NCBI GenBank assembly: GCA_036272115.1
Contig: DATAZJ010000386.1
Location: 1 to 37,508, forward strand
Origin: Rhodopila sp.
Lineage (GTDB): Bacteria > Pseudomonadota > Alphaproteobacteria > Acetobacterales > Acetobacteraceae
Direction: 5' to 3'
DNA length: 37,508 bases
The notes beneath the pieces were generated by a model, which saw only the letters and a list, made by a program, of their open reading frames with translations, made no database searches and had not been told where the DNA came from. The position numbers and the translations under genes were made by a program. The first letter of the stretch is position 1. Each line of letters starts with the position of its first letter. Below, piece after piece: positions 28,613 through 36,950 of this stretch.

Positions 28613-29716
28613 ATGGATGCGGCGGTCGACTGGGTGCGGGCTCAGGCATACACCGTCCCAACCGATTTCCCCGAGGCTGACGGGACGGCCACCTGGGACT
28701 CGACGACGATCATCGTGGTGCATGCGGGTGCCGCCGGCCGGCAGGGCATCGGCTATAGCTATGCCGATCCGTCGGTCGCGGCGCTGATCGACGGCAAGCT
28801 GGCGCCGGTCGTGGCGGAACGGGATGCGATGGACCCGCCGGCGGCGTGGCGGGCAATGAACGTCGCCGTCCGCAACCTGGGACGGGCGGGTCTGGCGGCC
28901 ACCGCGATCTCGGCGGTGGATACGGCGCTATGGGATTTGAAGGCTGTCCTGCTGGGTCAGCCGCTGGCGTCGCTGCTGGGGCGGTACCGGACATGCGTGC
29001 CGATCTACGGCAGCGGTGGTTTCACCAGTTACGACGACGGCCAGTTGGCGCGGCAGCTTGCCGGGTGGGTGGAAACCGAGGGTTGCCGCTGGGTCAAGAT
29101 GAAGATCGGCACCCATCCGGACCGCGATCCGCACCGCGTCGCGGTGGCGAAGACCGCTATCGGCGAGGCCGGTTTGTTCGTCGATGCCAACGGTGCGTAT
29201 GGCAGGCGGCAGGCCCAGCATATGTCCGGCCTTTTCGCGGCGGAACAGGACGTGCGCTGGTTCGAGGAACCGGTTTCATCGGACGACCTGGCCGGGCTGC
29301 GGTGCGTGCGGGACCATGCTCCGGCGGCAATGGAGATCGCGGCGGGCGAATATGGCTACACCACGGACTACTTCCGCGGGATGCTGGAATCGGGCGCGGT
29401 GGATGTGCAGCAGGCGGATGCGACCCGTTGCGGCGGCGTGACGGGCTTCATGCTGGCGGCGGCGCTGTGCGAAGCCTATCACACGGACTTGTCGGCGCAT
29501 TGCGCACCGGCACTGCATCGGCACCTCGGTTGTGCGGCGCCGCGTTTCCGCCACGTGGAATGGTTTCACGATCATGTCCGGATCGAGCGGATGCTGTTCG
29601 ACGGTGCGCCGGTTCCGCGCGATGGCGCCATCGGTCCGGATCCGTCGCAGCCGGGCCTGGGGCTTAGCCTGAAGCGTCAGGATGCGGAGCCGTACGCGGT
29701 TTCGAACCATGGCTGA
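28613..29716 (+). CDS. Mandelate racemase/muconate lactonizing enzyme (enolase superfamily)
   Basis: SAVDTALWDL, KMK motif, metal ligands in VDANG, WFEEP and AGEY, plus SAH. Confidence 0.92.
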   Translation: MDAAVDWVRAQAYTVPTDFPEADGTATWDSTTIIVVHAGAAGRQGIGYSYADPSVAALIDGKLAPVVAERDAMDPPAAWRAMNVAVRNLGRAGLAATAISAVDTALWDLKAVLLGQPLASLLGRYRTCVPIYGSGGFTSYDDGQLARQLAGWVETEGCRWVKMKIGTHPDRDPHRVAVAKTAIGEAGLFVDANGAYGRRQAQHMSGLFAAEQDVRWFEEPVSSDDLAGLRCVRDHAPAAMEIAAGEYGYTTDYFRGMLESGAVDVQQADATRCGGVTGFMLAAALCEAYHTDLSAHCAPALHRHLGCAAPRFRHVEWFHDHVRIERMLFDGAPVPRDGAIGPDPSQPGLGLSLKRQDAEPYAVSNHG

Positions 29717-30662
29717 GAATACGGATCTGACCGCGCCTGGGATCGCCCTGCTTGGGGTGGCGGCCTTTCTTCTGTCGCGGCGCCGGCCATCGACCGCCGT
29801 GGTGGCTTTGCCGGTACCGGTGGAACCACCGGTCGGCCGCGGCACGGCGATCCATGCCGCCCGGCGGTTGAACCGAGCGGCGGGGACACTGGCGGCGTCG
29901 GTGCTGGCGGACAGCGCGGTGGAGCACTACCGGGGTTCATTCCACAACAAGGCGATGTTCGCCCCGCTGGTGACCTCGGCGCTGTCGCTCGCGGTCAGCG
30001 CGCATGGCGTGGCCGACAAGCGTCCGTCGGCGCATTGGGTTCGGGACACGGTCTACGGCGTGGCGGGACTGACCGGGCTGATCGGCACGGCGTTCCACCT
30101 CTACAACGTGGGCAAGAAGCCGGGCGGGATGTCGTGGCAGAACCTGTTCTACTCGGCACCGATCGGCGCGCCCGCGGCATTACTGTTGTCGGGTGGAGTC
30201 GGTTTCCTGGCGGAACGGGTCCGGGACAATGAGCCCGGCACGGAACCGATGATCGGCGGGTTGCCGGCGGGGCGTGTGGTGGCTGCGGCGACCGGGGCCG
30301 GAATACTTGGCACCGTGGCCGAGGCGGGATTGCTGCATTTCCGCGGCGCCTATCACGACCCGTTCATGTTCGCGCCGGTGACGATTCCGCCGGTGGCCGC
30401 CGGTCTGCTGGTTAGCGCCGCCTATGGTCCGGCGTCTACGGAGCGGCGCCAGACCCGATGGTGGTTGCGACTGACGGCGCTGCTGGGCTTCGCCGGGTCG
30501 GGATTTCATGTGTATGGGGTCGCTCGCAACATGGGGGGCTGGCGCAATTGGCGGCAGAACGTCCTGAACGGGCCGCCGATCCCTGCACCGCCCAGTTTTA
30601 CCGGTCTGGCGCTGGCAGGCCTGGCCGCGCTGGGCCTGTTGGAGGATCATCCCGATGACTGA
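29709..30662 (+). CDS. Uncharacterised polytopic membrane protein with internal duplication and conserved His
   Basis: Halves HYRGSFHNKAMFAP...GTAFHLY..WQNLFYSAPIGAP and HFRGAYHDPFMFAP...GSGFHVY..RQNVLNGPPIPAP. Overlaps both neighbours. Start placed at ATG 29709. Confidence 0.8.
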   Translation: MAENTDLTAPGIALLGVAAFLLSRRRPSTAVVALPVPVEPPVGRGTAIHAARRLNRAAGTLAASVLADSAVEHYRGSFHNKAMFAPLVTSALSLAVSAHGVADKRPSAHWVRDTVYGVAGLTGLIGTAFHLYNVGKKPGGMSWQNLFYSAPIGAPAALLLSGGVGFLAERVRDNEPGTEPMIGGLPAGRVVAAATGAGILGTVAEAGLLHFRGAYHDPFMFAPVTIPPVAAGLLVSAAYGPASTERRQTRWWLRLTALLGFAGSGFHVYGVARNMGGWRNWRQNVLNGPPIPAPPSFTGLALAGLAALGLLEDHPDD

Positions 30663-31275
30663 CCGCTACCCGGGGTACGATGTGCTGTCCAAGCGCTGGA
30701 CGCAATCGTGGAACGAACCCACGCGGCAGGTGATCGACCGGCGGCTGGCGATCCCACGGGAACCTCGGTTCTTTTCGGCCGAGGAATGGCGGACCCTGTG
30801 CGCGGTCTGCGACCGGATCATGCCGCAGCCGCCGGATCGGCCGCCGGTGCCGCTGCCGGCGTTCGTCGATCAGAAGATGGCGGATGGAATGCTGGACGGT
30901 TACCGCTACGCGGCCCTGCCGCCGCAGGGCGATGCCTGGCGCCGCGGGTTGGCTGCGCTGGACGTGGCGGCTCGGGCCGAGCATGGCGAACTCTTTCATG
31001 ACCTGGTCGCGAACCAGCAGGACGGGCTGCTGCGGCGGATGCAGAACGGGGAGTTGGCGGGACCCGAATGGGGCGGGATGCCGTGCAGGCTGTTCTTCGA
31101 ACACCGGGTCATCCCCGACATCACACACGCGTATTATGCCCATCCGGTGGCCTGGAACGAGATCGGTTTCGGCGGCCCCGCCAGCCCGCGCGGCTATGTC
31201 CGACTGGGGCTGGACCGGCGGGATCCGTGGGAAGCGCCCCGGGAAGCAACCGAAGGGGCCGATCATGGCGTCTGA
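30655..31275 (+). CDS. Gluconate 2-dehydrogenase subunit 3-like protein
   Basis: FFSAEEWRTLCAVCDRIMP, WRRGLAALD, FHDL...QDGLL and AYYAHPVAWNEIGFGGP. Lies directly before a GMC gene. Confidence 0.82.
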   Translation: MTDRYPGYDVLSKRWTQSWNEPTRQVIDRRLAIPREPRFFSAEEWRTLCAVCDRIMPQPPDRPPVPLPAFVDQKMADGMLDGYRYAALPPQGDAWRRGLAALDVAARAEHGELFHDLVANQQDGLLRRMQNGELAGPEWGGMPCRLFFEHRVIPDITHAYYAHPVAWNEIGFGGPASPRGYVRLGLDRRDPWEAPREATEGADHGV

Positions 31276-32908
31276 CCCGTTCGCCGCTCCGCGCGCGAGC
31301 GACGGCAGGGCGCCCGATGTGTTCACGCGCGGCGGGTGGGTGCCGATGCGGCAGTACAGCGACGATGAGACCGTCGATTTCGCCGTCGTGGGGACTGGTG
31401 CGGGCGGCGGTCCTCTGATCGCCGGGCTGGCGGAAGGCGGGTTCTCGGTTGTCGGTTTCGACGCCGGACCGTATTTCCGCCCGCTGGAGGACTTTGCCTC
31501 GGACGAACGCGAGCAGGAAAAGCTGTATTGGAACGATGAGCGGGTGGTGGACGGTGCCAATCCAATCACCATGGGCGGCAAGAACAGCGGCAAAGCGGTG
31601 GGCGGCAGCACCGTTCATTTCGCGATGGTTTCGCTGCGCTTCCGGCCCGAATGGTTCCGGTCACGAACCTTGCTGGGTTATGGTGCGGACTGGCCGCTGG
31701 ATTGGCGGGAGATGTGGCATTACTACGCGAAAGCGGAAAAGGCGCTGAGTATTTCGGGACCGGTGACCTATCCCTGGGGTCCGAAGCGGCCTCGCTATCC
31801 CTATCGTCCGCATGAATTGAACGGGGCGTCGGAACTGCTGGCGCGCGGGGCGGAGGCGATGGGCATGAAGTGGTCCGCCACGCCGCTGGCGACCGTTTCG
31901 GCGCCGCACGGTCAGTCGCCGCCCTGCGTCTATCGCGGATTCTGCCGGTTCGGCTGTTCGACCAACGCCAAGCAGAGCCAGTTGGTGACGTTCATTCCGC
32001 GCGCCTTGCGGGCGGGGGCGGAAATCCGCGACCTGGCGATGGTCGGGCGGATCGAGGTCGGCCCGACCGGGCTGGCCATGGGGGTGCATTTCTTTCGCGA
32101 GGGCCGCTGGCGCTTTCAGCGTGCGCGCAACGTGGTGGTTGCCGGTTACGCCATCGAAACGCCGAGGCTGCTGCTGGCGTCCGCGACCGACCGGTTTCCG
32201 GATGGGCTGGCGAACAGTTCCGGCCTGGTGGGCAAGAACCTGATGACCCAGTCCAACCAGGCGGCTTTCGGCACGATGGAGCAGGAGGTCCGCTGGTACA
32301 AGGGGCCGCCGTCACTGAGCATCACCGAACACTGGAACTATGAGGACCGCAAGGACTTCGCCGGCGGCTATTGCTGGATGGCACAGGGGCCGCTGCCGGT
32401 GGAATGGGCGACGATCCAGACGTCGTCGCGTGGCTTATGGGGCCAGGCGCTGCGCGACGAGATGGAGAAATACAACCATCAGGTCGGCCTGAAGATGGTC
32501 GGGGAAATGCTGCCGGATGAGCGCAACCGCGTCACCCTGGCGGATGACAAGGATCAATACGGGCTGCGGGTCGCTCGGGTCACCTATAGTTGGGGCGACA
32601 ATGACAAGGCGTTGATCAATCACGCGCTGGATCAGATGCAGACCAGCCTGGAAGCGGTAGGCGCGAAGAACATATTCCGGCAGGAAAACGACACCAATCA
32701 TCTGGCGGGAACCGCGCGCATGGGCAACGATCCGCGCACCAGCGTGGTCAACGCCGATTGCCGAAGCTGGGACATTCCCAATCTGTGGGTCTGCGACGGA
32801 TCGATCTTCCCCACCACGGGCGGGGTCAATCCGTCGCTGACGATCACCAGTATCGCGATGCGCACCGCGGAGCGTATCCGCACGCTTGCAAAGCGCGGTG
32901 AACTATAG
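31265..32908 (+). CDS. GMC-family FAD oxidoreductase
   Basis: VVGTGAGG, GKAVGGST, CVYRGFC..GC, LVGKNL, NHLAGTARMG, NLWVCDGSIFPT..NPSLT. Start placed at ATG 31265. Confidence 0.93.
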   Translation: MASDPFAAPRASDGRAPDVFTRGGWVPMRQYSDDETVDFAVVGTGAGGGPLIAGLAEGGFSVVGFDAGPYFRPLEDFASDEREQEKLYWNDERVVDGANPITMGGKNSGKAVGGSTVHFAMVSLRFRPEWFRSRTLLGYGADWPLDWREMWHYYAKAEKALSISGPVTYPWGPKRPRYPYRPHELNGASELLARGAEAMGMKWSATPLATVSAPHGQSPPCVYRGFCRFGCSTNAKQSQLVTFIPRALRAGAEIRDLAMVGRIEVGPTGLAMGVHFFREGRWRFQRARNVVVAGYAIETPRLLLASATDRFPDGLANSSGLVGKNLMTQSNQAAFGTMEQEVRWYKGPPSLSITEHWNYEDRKDFAGGYCWMAQGPLPVEWATIQTSSRGLWGQALRDEMEKYNHQVGLKMVGEMLPDERNRVTLADDKDQYGLRVARVTYSWGDNDKALINHALDQMQTSLEAVGAKNIFRQENDTNHLAGTARMGNDPRTSVVNADCRSWDIPNLWVCDGSIFPTTGGVNPSLTITSIAMRTAERIRTLAKRGEL

Positions 32909-33011
32909 ACGATGCCGGGGGGTTGAATAACACCTCGGTGACGTCTGCTCGTATTCGGAATCATCGTCGCCACCTGTTCGAACCAAGAAGTTTCCCGGAC
33001 AGGACATTGAC

Positions 33012-34091
33012 ATGGCGTGGATCGACTGTGGCTACAGCCGTATCGTCGTTGCTATCCCTGTGCGGGACGAGGCCGATCGGATCGGGCCCTGCCTGATTGC
33101 GCTGGACAAACAGATACGGCGACCGGACACGGTCGTGCTGATGTTGAACAACTGCGCTGACAAGACCGAAACGATCGCGCGGGGGATGATCCCGAAGCTG
33201 GGCTTTCAACTGGAGGTGGTCAGCCGGACCTTGCCGCCGCACCAGGCTGACGCCGGGCACGCTCGTGGAATGGCGATGGATGTGGCGGCGGAACGGGCGG
33301 GACCGTCGGGCGTGCTGCTGACCACCGACGCGGATGCAATCGTGCCGCCCGACTGGGTGGCCGGCAATCTGGGGGCACTGCAACGCGGCGCCGATATCGT
33401 GTGCGGCCGGGCGATCATCGATCCGGTCGAGGCGGCGCTGATCCCGGCGCATCTGCATGACGACGACGCCGTGGAATGCGCGCTGATCGCGCTGCTGGAC
33501 GACCTGGCGTGGCTGCTTGACCCCGAACCGCACGATCCGCCGCCTCGGCATACCGAAGCGTCCGGCGCAAGCCTTGCCCTTCCGGTCTCGGCCTTCCGCC
33601 TGGCCGGTGGCATCCCGGCGATCGCCTCGGGCGAGGACAGGGCGTTCGTGCGAGCCTTATGGATGAAGGATGCCAAGGTTCGGCATGACCCGTCGATCCA
33701 GGTGACGGTGTCCGGACGGATCGAAGGCCGAGCGCCTTGGGGGATGGCGGATACGATCCGCAGGCGGATCGTGCGGCAGGATGAATTTGCCGACGAAATG
33801 ACAGAACCCGCGATGGATGCGTTTCGGCGCTACAGCTTGCGTCAGCGTGCCCGGCGGGGTTGGGGCGGCCTGGCTGACCACACGCTGGCGGACGATCTGA
33901 TGCTATCGGCGGGGAACGTGGCGGCGGCGCTGTCCAGCCGGTATTTTGGCGGCGCCTGGGCGTTGCTGGAAGCCGCCAGCCCGGTCCTGCGGCGGCGGCG
34001 CGTCCGCTTCACCGAACTGCGGGCGGAAATCGAGACCGCCCGGCACCTGCTGCGCCGGCTGAACGCACCCGAAACCCTGGCGGCGGAATAG
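33012..34091 (+). CDS. Glycosyltransferase family 2
   Basis: VAIPVRDEADRI, LNNCADKT, the DxD motif TTDADA, GEDRAF and VSGR..GRA. Confidence 0.88.
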   Translation: MAWIDCGYSRIVVAIPVRDEADRIGPCLIALDKQIRRPDTVVLMLNNCADKTETIARGMIPKLGFQLEVVSRTLPPHQADAGHARGMAMDVAAERAGPSGVLLTTDADAIVPPDWVAGNLGALQRGADIVCGRAIIDPVEAALIPAHLHDDDAVECALIALLDDLAWLLDPEPHDPPPRHTEASGASLALPVSAFRLAGGIPAIASGEDRAFVRALWMKDAKVRHDPSIQVTVSGRIEGRAPWGMADTIRRRIVRQDEFADEMTEPAMDAFRRYSLRQRARRGWGGLADHTLADDLMLSAGNVAAALSSRYFGGAWALLEAASPVLRRRRVRFTELRAEIETARHLLRRLNAPETLAAE

Positions 34092-34093
34092 CC

Positions 34094-35128
34094 ATGACCG
34101 ATCTCCTGCCGATCGTCGCCGAGTGGATTCCCTGGATGCAAAGCCGGGCCGACATGCTGGATCGGGACGCGGCATTTCCCATGGAGGAAATCGATCTGTT
34201 GCGTGGGATCGGTGCCCTGTCCGGCCCCCTGCCGGTCGGCGAACTGGCTCCGCTGCTGGCGCTGGCCGGGCAAGGCAACCTGTCCGTCGGCCGCATCCTG
34301 GAGGCGCATGTCAACGCCCTGCATCTGATCGCGCGATACGGAACGTCTGCGCCCTGGCACGCCGACTGCCTGTTCGGGTTGTGGGTCACCGATCCGCCGC
34401 AAAATGGCCTGCGCATGTGGCTGAGCGGTGACCGCATCCTTCTGGGCGGCGCCAAGCAGTTCTGTTCCGGCGCCGGGTTCGCGACGGCGGCGCTGGTCAC
34501 CGCTCGTGATCCTGACGGCGTCGCTCGGATGCTGGTGCTGCGTCTGGGCATCGGCGAGACGGTCACGCCGCTGCCGTCACCGCTGCAGGGCATGCGGGCG
34601 GCGGTCACCGGCGCGGTCGATTTCACCGGATGCGATGTCGGCCGCGACGCGCTGCTAGGCCGGCCGGGAGATTATCTGCGGGAGCCGGACTTTTCCGCCG
34701 GCGCCTGGCGCGGGTCGGCGGTGGCGCTGGGCGGCCTGATCGCATTGCTTGATCAGACGATCGTGCAGCTTCGAGCCTCCGGCCGGCTCGACAGTCCGTT
34801 CGGCCAGGCGCGGCTGGGCCGAACACTTATCGCCCGCGAGACAAGCCGGTTGTGGGTGCAGGCGGCGGCCCGGACGGCGGAAGATACGTCCGCCGATCCG
34901 GCGCATCGTGTCGCCATCGTTGGCCTCGCCCGTATTGCCGTCGAAACGGCCTGTCTGGACGCGATGCGCCTGGTGCAGCGATCACTGGGTTTGTCGGCGT
35001 TTCGGCAGGGCAATCCGGTCGAGCGGATTTGCCGTGACCTGTCCACGTATTTGCGCCAACCGGCCGCCGACGCGGTACTGACCGAGGCGGCGACGTGGTT
35101 CGCCGATCATCCGGCGGCGTCGGCATGA
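34094..35128 (+). CDS. Acyl-CoA dehydrogenase-like flavoprotein (short)
   Basis: LSVGRILEAHVNA, LGGAKQFCSG, GMRA, VQRSLG..F..NPVERICRDLSTYLRQ. Confidence 0.82.
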   Translation: MTDLLPIVAEWIPWMQSRADMLDRDAAFPMEEIDLLRGIGALSGPLPVGELAPLLALAGQGNLSVGRILEAHVNALHLIARYGTSAPWHADCLFGLWVTDPPQNGLRMWLSGDRILLGGAKQFCSGAGFATAALVTARDPDGVARMLVLRLGIGETVTPLPSPLQGMRAAVTGAVDFTGCDVGRDALLGRPGDYLREPDFSAGAWRGSAVALGGLIALLDQTIVQLRASGRLDSPFGQARLGRTLIARETSRLWVQAAARTAEDTSADPAHRVAIVGLARIAVETACLDAMRLVQRSLGLSAFRQGNPVERICRDLSTYLRQPAADAVLTEAATWFADHPAASA

Positions 35129-35862
35129 CGACGGCAGCTTCGTTTCACGGTGCCTGGAGGGATCTGCCGGTGGGGCGGTTGCGGGATATCGTGGGTGACG
35201 GAACGTGCCTGATCCTGGCGCCGCATCCGGATGATGAAAGCCTGGGATGTGGCGGGCTGATCGCCGCGTGTGTTGCCGAGCAAAAGCCGCCTTTGGTTGT
35301 GGTGCTGACCGACGGCGCAGGGTCGCATCCCAATTCGCTGGCCTATCCGCCGGATCGGCTGCGCGCGCTGCGGGCTCGCGAGGTGCGGGAGGCGGTGGCG
35401 TGTCTGGGATTGGCGGCCGATCGCGTGGTGCTGCTGGGCCAACCGGATACGGCCGCCCCGCATGAGGGGCCGGGTTTCGACGCGGTCGTCAGGCAATTGG
35501 TGGCACTGATCCGCCGGGATGCGGGATGCACAGCCATCCTGGCGCCCTGGCGGCACGATCCGCATTGCGATCACCTCGCTGCGTCACGTGCCGCGGAGGC
35601 CGCGGCCGGTTCTACCGGGATCAGAAACGTTGCCTTCCCGGTTTGGGGGTGGAGGCTGCCGGATGCGACGCCGATCCCCGAACCGTTGTCTTCCGGATGG
35701 CGCCTGGACATCCGCGACGACCTGCCGGCGAAGCGGGCAGCGATACAGGCGCATCGGTCGCAATACGGCGACCTGATCACCGACGACCCGGACGGTTTCC
35801 GGCTGCCGCCGGCGTTGCTGTCGGTGTTCGACAGGCCTTGGGAGACCTATCTGCGATCATGA
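35125..35862 (+). CDS. PIG-L/LmbE-family deacetylase
   Basis: LAPHPDDESLGCGG, TDGAGSH, R..E...A, DPHCDH, K..AI..HRSQ. The ATG overlaps the ACAD stop. Confidence 0.92.
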   Translation: MTTAASFHGAWRDLPVGRLRDIVGDGTCLILAPHPDDESLGCGGLIAACVAEQKPPLVVVLTDGAGSHPNSLAYPPDRLRALRAREVREAVACLGLAADRVVLLGQPDTAAPHEGPGFDAVVRQLVALIRRDAGCTAILAPWRHDPHCDHLAASRAAEAAAGSTGIRNVAFPVWGWRLPDATPIPEPLSSGWRLDIRDDLPAKRAAIQAHRSQYGDLITDDPDGFRLPPALLSVFDRPWETYLRS

Positions 35863-36434
35863 CGGAATCGCGACCACCCAGCCACTTTCAAGAGCTGTAT
35901 CAAGCCAATCCGGACCCCTGGGGTTTCGAGACGAGTGCTTATGAACGGACCAAATACCGGAACTCGTTGCGGGCTTTGGGGGGGCGGCATTTTGTGTCGG
36001 GGTTGGAGGTCGGCTGCTCGATCGGCGTGTTGACTCGGATGCTGGCGTCGCGTTGCGACCGCTTGCTGGGCGTCGACATCGTCGAGGCGCCGTTGCCGGC
36101 AGCCCGAATGCGCTGTGCCGACATGCCATCTGTGCGGTTCGCGCGGATGCAGGTGCCGCTGGACTGGCCGGATGAGCCATTCGACTTGATCGTGTTTTCC
36201 GAAGTGCTCTATTTTCTGTCCGCTGGCGATATCGCTTGTTGTGCTCGGCGGGTTTTGGACACATTGCTACCCGGCGGCGCCGTTCTGTTGGTGAATTGGA
36301 CCGGCGAGACGGGCGATCCCAGCCAGGGGAATGCCGCGCCGGATCGCTTTATCGCCGGCGTCGGGGGCCGGCTGCGGGTGGTATATCGGGAACGGCAGCA
36401 AAACTATCGGCTGGAATTGCTTGTGGGCGCCTGA
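35859..36434 (+). CDS. NodS-like class I SAM-dependent methyltransferase
   Basis: HFQELYQANPDPWGFETSAYERTKY, LEVGCSIG and FDLIVFSEVLYFL. ATG 35859 overlaps the PIG-L stop. Confidence 0.9.
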   Translation: MTESRPPSHFQELYQANPDPWGFETSAYERTKYRNSLRALGGRHFVSGLEVGCSIGVLTRMLASRCDRLLGVDIVEAPLPAARMRCADMPSVRFARMQVPLDWPDEPFDLIVFSEVLYFLSAGDIACCARRVLDTLLPGGAVLLVNWTGETGDPSQGNAAPDRFIAGVGGRLRVVYRERQQNYRLELLVGA

Positions 36435-36457
36435 AACCGGCGGGTCGCATGGACGTT
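36433..36457 (+). promoter_or_regulatory. EcfG-type general stress promoter candidate
   Basis: GAAAC-N16-CGTT, 40 bp upstream of ATG 36498. Confidence 0.55.
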
Positions 36458-36497
36458 TTCGGCGCGGTTCGAGTGATTTCTGCATGGGAACACGAAC

Positions 36498-36800
36498 ATG
36501 CCACGTGGCGATAAATCCGCTTACACGGACAAGCAGACCCGACAAGCCGAACATATCGAGGAGAGTTACGAGCATCGGGGCGTACCCGAGGGCGAAGCGG
36601 AACGGCGTGCCTGGGCGACGGTGAACAAGGAAACCGAGGGCGGCAAGCGCAGCGGCAGCGGCCGGGGCAAGCCGGTCAATACCGCACCATCCCGCAAAGG
36701 TGGGAAATTGGGCGGCGAGGCCTCGGCATCCCGGCCTGCCGCCGCCCGTTCGGCTGCCGCGAGGAAGGCGGCGGCAACCCGAAAACGCAAGAGCGGCTGA
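36498..36800 (+). CDS. Small basic conserved protein (MPRGDKSAYTDKQ family, often annotated 'plasmid stabilization protein')
   Basis: YTDKQxRQAEHIEESYE..G..EAERRAWATVNK, a KGG motif and a Lys/Arg/Ala-rich tail. Confidence 0.85.
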   Translation: MPRGDKSAYTDKQTRQAEHIEESYEHRGVPEGEAERRAWATVNKETEGGKRSGSGRGKPVNTAPSRKGGKLGGEASASRPAAARSAAARKAAATRKRKSG

Positions 36801-36837
36801 GCGTTTTGTTGCACGCCGGCGGGCGGGAGGCTGACCC

Positions 36838-36852
36838 ATTTCATTATGAAAT
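36838..36852. promoter_or_regulatory. Perfect 7-1-7 AT-rich palindrome, candidate operator
   Basis: ATTTCAT-T-ATGAAAT, about 100 bp upstream of the enoyl-CoA hydratase start. Confidence 0.4.
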
Positions 36853-36950
36853 AGTAACAAGATACAGCCGGAATCCTAGGCGGCGGAGGCGATGATTCGC
36901 GCCTCAGCGATGTTCCGAGCAAAATGGTCATCCAGACCGTGGAGCTGCCG

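Noticed and set aside
25820-28723. 967-aa minus-strand ORF spanning the SDR and TPP genes
   Set aside because: Antisense shadow typical of high-GC DNA. The plus-strand genes carry clear motifs.
30884-31264. Long N-terminal extension of the GMC ORF (also the extensions at 12997, 19024, 19440, 35095 and 35526)
   Set aside because: They mostly overlap the upstream genes (the 12997 one covers the putative promoter region). Downstream starts with an RBS or stop-start coupling fit better.
32929-32953. EcfG-like motif before the GT2 gene (AAC-N18-CGTA)
   Set aside because: Both the spacing and the -10 element deviate from the other three motifs.
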